Assembly (NCBI GenBank): GCA_905178155.1
Contig: CAJINV010000003.1
Span: forward strand, 10,793,367-10,857,366
Reading direction: 5' to 3'
Length of the DNA stretch: 64,000 nt
Source of the DNA: Amoebophrya sp. A120
Lineage: Eukaryota > Protista > Dinoflagellata
Shown: one piece after another, positions 39,311 through 51,900 of the stretch
Layout of the letters: each line of letters opens with the position of its first letter
How positions within the stretch are numbered: position 1 is the first letter of the stretch
Notes under the pieces: generated by a model
The model's database searches: none
What the model saw: only the letters and a program-made list of their open reading frames with translations
What the model was told of the DNA's origin: nothing
Program-made: the position numbers and the translations under genes

Positions 39311-41015
39311 ATACCGGCCGGAGCAGGCGTCTTCAGTCAGCCGCGCCACCGGGATAGTTACCATGTTCACGAGCAAGGTGGCGACTCCTCTTCCTACTTC
39401 CCAGGGGAAGAGCGTTGGCGCCTGCTCGACGACATTGCGTGATAAAAACTTGTTCATCACCTGCGACTCACTTTGATGTCCTGCTCCTCCGTCCCCGCTC
39501 GGCGTCCGGCAAGTTTTTTCGCCATCATTTTCTTTTCCATAGGCAAGAGCGACAGCCTATTCAGCGTTGTGTTCACCAATCAAACTAGACACAGCACTTT
39601 GTTCTATTGTGTAGTACCATATCAGCGAACAGGTTGTTGCAGTAGCTGCCCGCCTCGTGGTCGTTGCTATGATTTTTGAATATAAATGTGTTGTTGAAGA
39701 TTTCCTCCCGCGACTCTCAGGCTGTTGCTGCTGACATTGAGGATTCCCTCCTCCCGCTCGGAACTGTGAAATAATCTTGTAGCCTTAAAAAAATAACTTT
39801 AACCACAATGAATCTGAATGAAAGCAATCTTGTAATTTCAGTTGTATTTTACTCTGTAGCTGTGCACTTTAATGCAGCCCGTCAGTTTATGGATATGAAG
39901 ATGGACACGCCGGAAGCGGACCCGGATAATTCCCTCAACCTCTTTCCTCAGCCTGGGGCAGTTTACTATAGCCGAGCTAATTCTCCGAAGTTGTTCAAGT
40001 TTACTATTTTCGCAGCACGTGGCACAAGAAGAAGGAGATACTGGTACTGCACTAACGAAGAACCCTAGGTAGAGTACTTAGGAGACCTGGACCGCACAGC
40101 AGTTTTGCACAGATTTGCTGCGAGTTTGTACATACCTTGTGCCAGCCTGCGCTGGTACAATGGCACTTGCTCCAGCCGAAGTTTGCAATGATTGCCTTCT
40201 CCTGGTCGTAGAAGTACTACCCGAGAAAGAGATACGGCATGCTGGTTGAAGGACAGGAGGTACCACTGGAACTACGGCACGTTGCTGAACGACACAAAAC
40301 TTTTCCAATGATACGAAAAAATCCCTACGCACATGATCAGTGGCCGTTTTCGTGTTCAATTTTCCCGGTTGAAAAAATGGAACTCCCGAAGAGGCACGAA
40401 ATGCATGGTACAATATGAAGAACCCCAAGAACCCTGTCGAAGAGCAGATATCTTTGTTGCACGCAATCTCTTTCTCTCTGGTCGTGATCATGCTGAAAAA
40501 TAAAGCGCAGTACCAAGAATAACTGATCTATGGATAGTACATGCCGGCGATCGCAATGACCACGAAGAATGAAAATCGTGATCACCTATTTTATTGAGAA
40601 AAGGTACTCATACTCTCGACTAGAAGATCGCAAAATGCCATCGTCCGTCGTGTTTGGCCACCACGACTACGTGAAAATAAAGCTGTGTCTATGTGTAACT
40701 CTAACTATGCTGGGTCGCAGTTGAGCGAGTGGTGTACTGCTATGGTCCATTTGGTATCTCGAGGCAGTTTATAAATTGATTTGCATCTTCGTCAGGCGTA
40801 GGTACCAGCGGATTTGTTTGTTTAATAGTTGCATTTATGTTGTTGTGGTGCAGCTTGAACGTTTTTACTAGCAAACGCTCCTACTACGTGCCTGTATTGT
40901 GGCGCGTGTCCTTGGTCTCGTCGTCCCACGCAGTTCGACCCATTAAGTACATTTTTTCGATTTCGACTAGTACTAGTAGCATTAAAACAAAATAAAAAAG
41001 ACTCGTTTGTAAACC

Positions 41016-41861
41016 ATGACAGACGGCGCTGCGCCAGCTTCCAGTGAAGATAATGTCGGGCCGCAGGACATCGAAGTGCGGAAAGAGGACCAAAACAAAA
41101 TCAACCGGTTTTCCAGGCTAAACACCGAATACACCGAGCTCTCAGAGGAGATCGAAGTGGTACTACCTCAACTTCTGCGAGGAACTGCTCTGTTTTTGTT
41201 ACATTGGGCTTGAACAAGAACAAGCTGGAACTGGATCTGCATCTGGAATTGGCAAAGGAAACATAAAATTGAAATAACCGCCCCCGTGGCCCGTGCCGTA
41301 ACTGCGTGAAGATGAAGAAATGACAACCATGATCGTGAATTATAATTAAGGAGCCCAGACACACGACAACTATTTCTACTGTATATTGAAAGTTGCTGCA
41401 CCATATGCAATCTGGTCTACATTTTTAAAGAAAGCACGAGAAGCCACGCTCAAGCTCAGCGTCGTCTTGCTTGTGCTTCAAGCGAAGCTTGTGGGCCTGT
41501 TTTCTTGTTCTGTGTTGCATTGGAGGACTTAGGTACTTTACATCTTCGCGAACTGTATGTTGTATGTATGACGTGACGCATTCTGACTCTTCAGGTGAAA
41601 AAGGAGCTGCAAATGCTAACAGACGCAGAAGAAGAAGTGCAGTGCTGCCTGGAAGCGGATGGCCTGATGTATAAATTTGGGGACTGTTTCCTGCCCGTCG
41701 ACGATATGGAAGCATCGGAAAGATTAGAGAAGCAGAAGACCGCTACCGAGCAGAAGCTGGCTGCTATGACCGACAAAATCGAAACTGTGAAAACCGAAAT
41801 GGACACGGCGAAGAAGGAACTCTACGACAAATTCGGAACCAGTATCAACCTCGAAAACTGA
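41016..41861 (+). CDS. PFDN4: Prefoldin subunit 4
   Basis: EVRKEDQNKINRFSRLN, YKFGDCF, LYDKFGTSINLE; GT-AG intron 41157-41594. Confidence 0.9.
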
Positions 41862-42903
41862 GCTTCACGTGCCCCCTGCTGCACGACACGATTTCCAGTT
41901 CTAAGGTAGACGTCAAAATACATCAATAACTGATGTGAACAGGAAGGCGAAGGAATGCGCTCCAACCGCACCGACCCTTTTCTATCATGTTGTACAAGCG
42001 ACAGCGACAAGTCTGAAAGGCTTCTGTAAGGAGCATGAAGATGCGACAAGTTGAAGTTCTTTGATGGTTTATTTTTTAAACAAGAACTCAGCTGCGGAAT
42101 CCATCAGTTTCAATGTCAAAGAGAAAATAAACTAACGCGACGCGTTGCGGTCGTGCGGAGCAGCCATTGGCTCCCCTTAATATTTCCATTTTGGCCTCGC
42201 GGTTCCGATTGCAGTGGCTGCTGCAGCTGTTCTTTCAAATTTGAATGAGTTTTCTTTTGGTGTAAGCGGACAACCCGGGTGCTGCATTCGACGCACCGGC
42301 GACGTCCCTTCTACATGACAGCAAAGAACTGTGTCTCGAAGTAGAAAAAAAGTTGAAGATTGCATTTGCTGCACTTAGCGAATCTTGTTCTTGTTGAGGG
42401 ACCTTCTTGTTGTGGGACACGTTTCGTCTGTGCTTGTTTTGTGTTTCGGAGGATGGTTGTTGATTTGTGGTAGACATTGGCAGTATGTTCTTTGAATGAG
42501 ACCTGCACCTGCTGCACGTCCTCGTGCTGTGTTGTGATACTCTATAACTGTACTAAGAACATCAACATCACGATCACGAGAAACAGCACCGAAAGATGCA
42601 CTTCGCAGCTCTGAGGAAGCAAAGAACCCCGCGAAGGAGCACAGAGATCACATCGTGGGATCAATTAGTCCACCACTTCCCGGCTGTAAAAAGTAGAATT
42701 TGTGTCAATCGCAAAAATAAAAATAATAGAAAACTAGTTTTGAGGTCATTGATCTCGTCGAGGCAATTGGTGTGTCAACGTGGCACGCCGCCCGCGCCCG
42801 ACGCCCTGCTCTACAAGGCGGACAACAAGGACAACATCAACATGGCACGAAGGTAACAAGCAGTACGCTTGTGCTGTAGTTGCGGGGAACTGGCAGCAGC
42901 GCC

Positions 42904-45900
42904 ATGGCTCTTCTTGAGACAGGGCGCATCCTGTACAATGACACGATATCCGTCAAGCTCAAGTCAGCCGACAAGGACGAGTCTGTGGCCACCCTGAATG
43001 TCAAAATACGGTAAGACCAAGTAGAGACTTGCTTCATCTAAATCTTCTACACGATGTCATCATGTAGAATCAGACAAAAATACTCACGACCACAGATGTG
43101 TATTGGTTTGAATTATATAATATATATAAATATCAATATGATCATGCTCCTCGTGGTGCCCCCCGCTGCCCGCTGTGGGTCTGCTTCTTCGTGAGTTGGC
43201 TACCACGGATACCTATGCGAACTTGAGCTTCCTTGAATAAAGCATAAATATTAGGATTAAGGCCCAAGAGCGTATTTTCTGCCAGTTTTATGTATCTCAA
43301 AGAAACCCAAACTACACGTACACAATGGAGCAGCCTTGGTAGAGCAAGGTTGTGAAGCTGTAGCTGCAGCGCCATGCAGTCAAAGTAAGTACTGCTGGTG
43401 TGCTGGGTTTATTTTCCGGTGGCATGATACTTTTATTGCTGATGTCTCATTCCTCCAGGTTGGACCTTACGCCGTCGCACCATCAGGTGCTTCTTTGCGA
43501 CCTCACCGACACAAGCGATCCATTTTTTCTGTACTCGTTGGTGCTGGGGGAGAGCGACTTCCACGCACTGAAGAATGAGCAGAGGTTACTTGTGGACTTC
43601 CAACAGTTTCCGTCCCAGCTTGTCAAGCTGCTCGATGAGACCAAGCGCGGCCCACCCCCGTCGCCACACCGTATATTTATATTACTAAAATTTTTGCGCC
43701 AGATCTTGATAGTTTGTTCACTTTTCTTCAATCTACAAGCCACTTGTACTGCGCTACGACGTTGACTTGCTAAATTCTTGATTCCGGGGAGGACGGTATC
43801 CATTTTCTGCGCTTTCCGTTTCCATGAAGTTGAAGAGAAATAGAATGTCGCACGCGGTTTTCCAAAATAAAAGGCTGACTGTACAACCGAGGAGATGATA
43901 GAAAATATTTCTTTGTCCACCACAGATAACCAAAGCTTTGTTTCCTCGCCGGGGACGCTTGGAGGCTCGATAGCGGGTGGCGGTCCGGGGGCGATTTTTG
44001 CGGTATTGAACATCGTCTCCGGACATGAAGCGCTCTTTTCCATTACGGAATCCAATCAGTTCCGCGAGCTCCAGCACCTGTCGCTTCATTTCCGCAAGGG
44101 CAACGACGCGGCGGTCAAAGAATATCTGGCCGCAAAACTGCCTATGAGAGTACACAACCACTCTTCGCCCGCAGTTCTTGATGCAGTGATCGATGAATGT
44201 ACTTAGTACCTGCAGCAACGCGAGTGGGAGGAAATAAAGCAACAGCTCAGCCACCACGAGGTCCACGACGGAGCCTTGGGATTGTAGTACTGTTTCGGCT
44301 GCCGAGGATTTTTCTTGGTCACGCTGGAACAGCCGATGAAACAGGAAGTGGAACGAAGGAAAAAATAAAATAAGAACCTGACTCGACATTTTGCATGACA
44401 ACAAATTAAAAAGAAGGGCCGGGGGGGGGGGGTTGTGCGCTGTCATGATGTACGACTACATGGGACAATGCCAAGATCTGCAGACGCGAATAGGCATCGC
44501 GGACAGCGACAACGCGCGGCTGCGCGACCAGGAAGCGAGCGCACGACAACAGGCGGAGCAAATGAAAATGGAACTCTTCACCACAAAAGAAGCTATGTCC
44601 GCATCGTTCAGCAAGGAGCTTGCTGACGTGAAGGAAACACACGCGCACGCGGTTTCTTCCATTCAACAAAAGTTGAACACAGAAAAAAGCAGTTTGGAGA
44701 AATCATTGCGCGACGAACTTACAGCAAAGGTAAACGAGTTTTTTTTCATAGGCATTGTAAGACCAAAATAGACAGTAAGTAGATCAATATCATCAATTAT
44801 CGTTCGATCAAGCATGTAATTTTTTTACGCATGTTATTCATGGCGGCAGCGCAGCCGGAAGACGGCGTAGCGCCTAGGGTATGTGCGGCTGTGAGCCTGG
44901 TGTCTCATGTCTCATGTCTTGGAGCCGTGTCATGACATGAGGACACGAACATGGACATGACACGGCCGTTTTCATGTCCATGTCTTCATGTCCCGACACG
45001 TACCGGCCCTGGGTCGGAGGAACATGATCTGCTCATGTCCCATGTCTCATGTCTTGGTGGACCCGAAAGTCAGGACATGAGACATGAGACATGGGCATCC
45101 GCGACACTTTCTGGCTGAGGCTGTAGGACACAAGACATGAGACATGGGACATGACATCGCCGTGTCCCATGTCCCATGTCTCGTGTCTCAGGACATGAGA
45201 CATGAGACACGGGACATGACATCGCCGTGTCCCATGTCCCGTGTCCCAGGACATGAGACATGAGACACGGGACATGACATCGCCGTGTCCCATGTCCCAT
45301 GTCTCGTGTCTCAGGACATGAGACATGACATCGCCGTGTCCGTGTCCCATGTCTCGTGTCTCGTGTCCCAGGACATGAGACATGAGACACGACTTCGCCG
45401 TGTCCGTGTCCCATGTCTCGTGTCCCAGGACATGAGACATGAGACACGGGACATGGCATCTCCATGTCCCAAGACATGAGACATGGGGCATGACATCGCC
45501 GTGTGTCCGTGTCCGTGTCCCATGTCTCGTGTCCCAGGACACGAGACATGGGACACGGGACATGGCATCTCCATGTCCCGTGTCTCGTGCCCTAGGACAC
45601 GAGACACGAGACATGGCGCATGACATCTCATGAGACGGGCCAGTGGCGGCTCGGGTCAGCGGCGGCACGCGTCAGCGGCGGCACGAGGCCCTCGGCTCGG
45701 GTCAGCGGCGGCACGCGGTCAGCGCAGACATGAGACATGAGACGAGCCAGTGGCGGCTCGGGTCAGCGGCGGCACGAGGCCCCCCCTCGGTCTAGCGGCG
45801 GCTTCCGAGTCAGGGGCGGTCAGACAGACGAGCCAGCGGCGGCCCACGATGCGCCAGCGGCTCAGGCCAGCGGCGGCACGAGCCGTCGGGCCAGGGGCGG

Positions 45901-48900
45901 CCAGACGAGCCAGCGGCGGCTCGGTTCCGTCAGCGGCGGCACGAGGCCCTCGGGTTAGCGGCGGCCTCCGAGTCAGGGGCGGTCAGACGAGCCAGCGGCG
46001 GCCCACGATGCGCCAGCGGCTCGGGCCAGCGGCGGCACGAGCCGTCGGGTCAGGGGCGGCCAGACGAGCCAGCGGCGGCTCGGGTCAGCGGCGGCACGAG
46101 GCCCTCGGGTTGGCGGCGGCCTCCGAGTCAGGGGCGGTCAGACGAGCCAGCGGCGGCCCACGATGCGCCAGCGGCTCGGGCCAGCGGCGGCACGGGCCGT
46201 CGGGTCAGGGGCGGCCAGACGAGCCAGCGGCGGCTCGGGTCAGCGGCGGCACGAGGCCCTCGGGCTGGCGGCGGCCTCCGAGTCAGGGGCGGTCAGACGA
46301 GCCAGCGGCGGCCCACGATGCGCCAGCGGCTCGGGCCAGCGGCGGCACGAGCCGTCGGGTCAGGGGCGGCCAGACGAGCCAGCGGCGGCTCGGGTCAGCG
46401 GCGGCGCGAGGCCCTCGGGCTAGCGGCGGCCTCCGAGTCAGGGGCGGCCAGACGAGCCAGAGGCGGCTCGGGCCAGCAGCGGCACGAGTCGTCTGGTCAG
46501 GGGCGGCCAGAGGAGCCAGCTGCAGCTTGGGGCAGCATCGGTCGCTCGCGGCCGGATGGTCTGGTGGCGACACTTCGCGTGGGTTGGTTGAGGTTTGGTT
46601 GGGTTGGTTGGTGAAATGGGTGTCCCATTCCCGACATCCCAGGACGAAACATGGGAACGCCATGTCCCATGTCTCATGTCTTCCGGCCTGAACCAGAGTC
46701 GGCCGCGGGCGGTCGTGTCCCATGTCTCATGTCTTGGGACACGAGACACAAGACATGCGACATAGGAACACCATGTCCCATGTCTCATGTCTTCCGGCCT
46801 GGACCAGAGTCAGCCGCGGATGCCCATGTCTCATGTCTTGTGTCTTGAGACACGAGACATGAGACGCGAGAACATCATGTCCCATGTCTCATGTCTCATG
46901 TCTTCCGGCCTGGACCAGAGTCGGCCGCGGGCGGTCATGTCTCATGTCGCATGTCTCATGTCTTGTGTCTTGGGACACGAGACATGAGACATGGGGACGC
47001 CATGTCCCATGTCTCATGTCTCATGTCTTCCGGCCTTAGCCAGAGTCGGCCGCGGATGGCCATGTCCCATGTCTCATGTCTTGGGACACGAGACACAAGA
47101 CATGAGACATGAGAACGCCATGTCCCGTGTCTCATGTCTCATGTCTTCCGGTCTGGACCAGAGTCGGCCGCGGATGGCCATGTCTCATGTCTCATGTCTT
47201 GGGACACGAGACATGAGACATGAGAACGCCGTGTCCCATGTCTCATGTCTTCCGGTCTGGACCAGAGTCGGCCGCGGATGGCCATGTCTCATGTCTCATG
47301 TCTTGGGACACGAGACATGAGACATGAGAACGCCATGTCCCATGTCTCATGTCTCATGTCTTCCGGTCTGGACCAGAGTCGGCCGCGGATGGCCATGTCT
47401 CATGTCTCATGTCTTGGGACACGAGACATGAGACATGAGAACGCCATGTCCCATGTCTCATGTCTCATGTCTTCCGGTCTGGACCAGAGTCGGCCGCGGA
47501 TGGCCATGTCTCATGTCTCATGTCTTGGGACATGAGACATGAGAACGCCATGTCCCATGTCTCATGTCTCATGTCTTCCGGTCTGGACCAGAGTCAGCCG
47601 CGGATGGCCATGTCTCATGTCTCATGTCTTGGGACACGAGACATGAGACATGAGAACGCCATGTCCCATGTCTCATGTCTTCCGGTCTGGACCAGAGTCG
47701 GCCGCGGATGGCCATGTCTCATGTCTCGTGTCGCGGACATGGGACATGAGCATGAACATTGGCCATGTCTCATGTCTCATGTCTCATGTCTCATGTCCTG
47801 GTTTGGGATGTCGGGACATGAAGACATGGACATGAAAACGGCCGTGTCATGTCCATGTTCGTGTCCTCATGTCATGACACGGCTCCAAGACATGAGACAT
47901 GAGACACCAGGCTCACAGCCGCACATGTTTAGCGCCTACCTTTTGTAGCCTTCACGCATAGTTGCTTTTTCTGGCTCATATTCTTGGTAGGTTTTTGGGT
48001 TTTCTGACCTCTAGACGGATGAATTTCAAAAAGGCTGTTACCAAGTTCTGGCACTTGAAGATATCAATCAATGCAGATTTCTATTCTCTTCAGATATATA
48101 TCAGCCTGCGACTATTTGTAGTAATAACCCAACGCACGTACAACGAACTTTTGCAGGCCCGAGCACTGGAAGTTTCTGATGCAAAATGTGCTGACCTTGC
48201 GGAGAAGCTTTACAAAATGGAGCTGACGTTGAAGCAGACGTCTGAGAGGCTCGAGCTAACCGACAAGGGCCGAAAAGAGGACGCTGTCCTGATCGAGGAG
48301 TTGCGCGGCACTTGCAGAAGCCTCGAGATATCCTCAATAACGACCCCCCCACCGCAGATTTGTGAAGCAAAACTGCAAGCCCAGATGCAGAACATGTGCG
48401 TCTCTCAATGATGATGAATATTGATGCACATCATCAGCCCGCCCGTGAGATGTCGCCCGCAGTTGTGTTTAGGAATTTCTCATGCTCAAAAATCAGGATG
48501 TATGAGCAGGTCGGTTAGCGTTACTAGATAGTCATGCGGCGCCGTGAGCTGAGCACAGGCACAGCTATGCGGTGGCCTAAAGAACTTGTCATGCGCATTT
48601 CCCTAAGCTCCACGATTTGTCTTGGGAATTTTTTATCTTTGCTATGGGGTGGGGACGTTTTTCCACTAGATACGAGAAAGTGAAATTTCAGCAGGAGAAA
48701 GATCTGAACGAGCAGGGAAGTAAAATTCTGACGCTGGAGGAACGCGTGTCTGGACGAGAGTTGAACTACAACAACCAAATCGAAATCACGAAACAGATCG
48801 AGGAAAAGCAGAAGCATTTTGAGGAAGCACGTATTGAACTACGACGATGCTACTTTGCGCACGTAATAGGCGCGCATACAATTTTTACAAATGGCGCGTA

Positions 48901-51900
48901 TCGTAGTTCTAGTTTCGCAGATTTCAATTCCACGCAAATAAAAAAGTGCTACACGAGGAGAAAAAGTTTCCGCACGACGGTATTATGGACTTGAGTATTC
49001 TGCGTTCTGTATTTCGTCGGGCATAATGTTATGCACGACTTGTAGATCATTGTGATTATAATCATAGTGATTCAGGTGGTTTGATATTGAAGATAGATAT
49101 GAAGAATATAGGAGAAGTACTCCTGCCGTGCACAGCTAGAGAACTTGAGCTAAGAAGTACCACTTCTCAAGGAGGTGGTCCACTGCAGCCTCCGAAAGTG
49201 CGGAAAGCATGTAAAAAAACTTTTACTACAGTGAGCGAGAATAAGGCGCATTGCCAGGAGTTGGAAGAGAGATGCGCGGAGTCGGTTGCGGAAATTAACA
49301 AGGGCAACAGCATTATCCTCAAGTTGCAGACGCAGGTGAAAAATCTGAAGTCGAAGCTTCGCGTCAAGGCGGTGGCACTGCAGCAGCAGGAGAAGACCAT
49401 AAGTGACCTGTATCAAATTGAAAAATGCCCCGAACCCCAGAAAATTCAAATATTCGCGTTGCAAAGTTTCCAAATAGAAACTTGGGCCTTTTTGCAACAC
49501 AAAGTTTTGCTCTTCTTGTATGAAAACTCGTGACGCTGATACAAGCGAGGTGGAAAGTGTTTCCATAGGGAGCTTTTGCAACGCAAACACTCACGCCGAG
49601 GCATTTTTCATTTTGATAACCTGGAACGAGACAGGCACGCGATGAGTAAAACGGAGGACGTGCGGAAAACGGAAATAACTGACGGTCGCGATCTATGGGA
49701 TTGTCAGGATTGAAATCGACAAGCTTGAAAAATATTGTAACGCATGAATCGCCATGCCGTTGCCGAAACTGGAAGGCGCGGCAGCAGGGGCACTTGTGAG
49801 CCTGTTTTGGGGTGGAAAGTGAGCTGCTAAAGTCGCGCGACAGACACAGAGGACGCCACTTTTGCCCAAACAGCATGACGAACAGGATTCCTGTGCTTGG
49901 AAAATTTGTCATGCACTCCTTGGAAATTGGCATTGGGCTTCCAACTGGCATCGATTTCGTGCATAGCAAATTCTGCAACTTTGTCGATTCCGATCCTGAC
50001 GCTTCCATACAATCGCGAAGCACGTAATACCAGTGTTTGTTATAAGAGCGAAATAAAAGCTGATACCGCTACTGGGTAGCCGTACTATCTTGAAGCTTTT
50101 TCGCTCACGTTACTGCGACTTCTTTGCTGCAGCTTTTGCATTACCGCAGATGAAATGCTGTACTCTCGTATCAGGCATCAATGCTGCAGCATGTCTTAAA
50201 GTACGTTCTGACATACTTTTTGAGGAATCAAATGCACTACATTCTCGCTGCGTTATGAGTACTACAAACTGTCCACCACTTCTCCTTGTCAGCTACTCTT
50301 TTTGATTTATAGTCGCTGTGCTCTGAGTACTTCGTGTACGAAAGAGATACGATGCCTTTGCGTCAGGCTTCTGTGCTGCGGATGTTGGTTTAAAATAAAT
50401 GTTCATTATCTTCGAACGGCTGGCGAGCCTGTGAGTCCAGGCAGAGAGAAGATAAGGGTAGGTAATTTGATAGGTATGCGAGGGTCGGGCCCCTTCTCCT
50501 CATTGCTCTACTATGTATCTGCTTGGCTAAAAATGGGCAAGCGCCCCGTCCCGGCTAGACGCCGCCCGATTCGATCGCGCGATCGAAATTTGCGCTTCTT
50601 CCTCTTGACGTTTTCAGCAAGCGCTGAACAGAGTCAGGGGAGCGCAGTAGCAATTAGAAAAGCCAAGTGCTGGCGGGTACTGCCGCGGCCAGCTTGCATC
50701 CGCTTTCCGAACTGGGGAGCGAGTGCAGATCCTCGATCGGGGACTGAGCACGAGGTGTGCGACTGCAGATCCCTGCGCGAGGCGTAACGCCCAGAAATCT
50801 ACGTAGCTGCATCGCAGCTCCTTCTGCCGACAAGAGTCGGCGCCCGCGTACTCGCGACGCCCGGGGCCGGGGGTCGCTCGCCCGTGAATCATCGCGCGCG
50901 CGCATGTTCCGGGAGAAAATGCACCGCGTGCTTCTGGTTGAATGAAGCACCGCTTGGACGGGCTGAGTGGCCCTCGCTTTCAGTAAGAGCAGCGCACAGC
51001 GCAGCCGTGGAGCCAGCCTCGCTCCAGCGCGCCCGGCGGCAAGCGTAGACGCTAAAAGGCCGGGGCCGCCGCGCCTGCTCTAGGTAGGAAAGAGGCCAGG
51101 CGGCCGATTCTATGGGGAGCTTGCCTGACTACAGGCGGAGGCATCACGTCGGTCGCTGCGCAAATGCTTTGTTGCGCGCTGCAGGGGCTTGTGTTGCCGA
51201 AGCCAGGCCCCACTCAAGGCCAAGCGCCGAATACGACGAGGGACCGCGCGCGAGGCCGCTAGCTACTCCGGCCGGAGGGTGCTTCCATCCAGAGGCGCGC
51301 GCCTCTCGTAACCCGCGAAAACGCGGCGCAAGTACATCACGCAGTGGCACGCCACTACAAAAGCCCTCATGTGGCTAACCTCTACGGAATGGGCGCCCCC
51401 GCATTGGGGGGCCGCCCGGCAGTCGCCTGCCTGCGAATTCGGACAGACTCGCTGCGCGATGAGAACCGCGCTCGGGGTCTTGTCGCCGCACTCATGAGTG
51501 CGGGCGAGCGCCCCACCCCCATTCACCCTCCCTTATCTAGTATTGGGCCTCAGAAGGGAAAACCCTCCGGCGGAGTGGGGGGGCATGCTCCCTCGTTCAG
51601 GACGCAGCTTGGTCCGTGTTGGCAATGGGGACAAGTGATGTGCACGACCCTTCCTGCGATGGGAGTGGTATCAGGATCGTGCATACTCGCTGGTAGGCTT
51701 TGCCTACCCTCTTCCCCATCGCTGTCAGAGTATGCGCCCTGCCGCCATGACAGGACGGCGCGAGACATGTGATACAAATTACGTACTATTGATGATCATG
51801 ATGTGAAAAGCAAAAAAACACGATCAGGACTGCAAACGGAAGTGGATCAGTACCGAGAAAAACTGAACGAGGCCCACTCCCTGATCGCTATCCACTGCAA

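Noticed and set aside
46650-47740. CRISPR-like appearance of regular repeats
   Set aside because: The intervening sequences are themselves repeated (no unique spacers), there are no cas genes, and the context is eukaryotic.
45033-47948. Long ORFs (MSHVSCL.., AAAR..) in the foldback element
   Set aside because: By-products of 7-bp and 155-bp tandem repeats; no transposase motifs.
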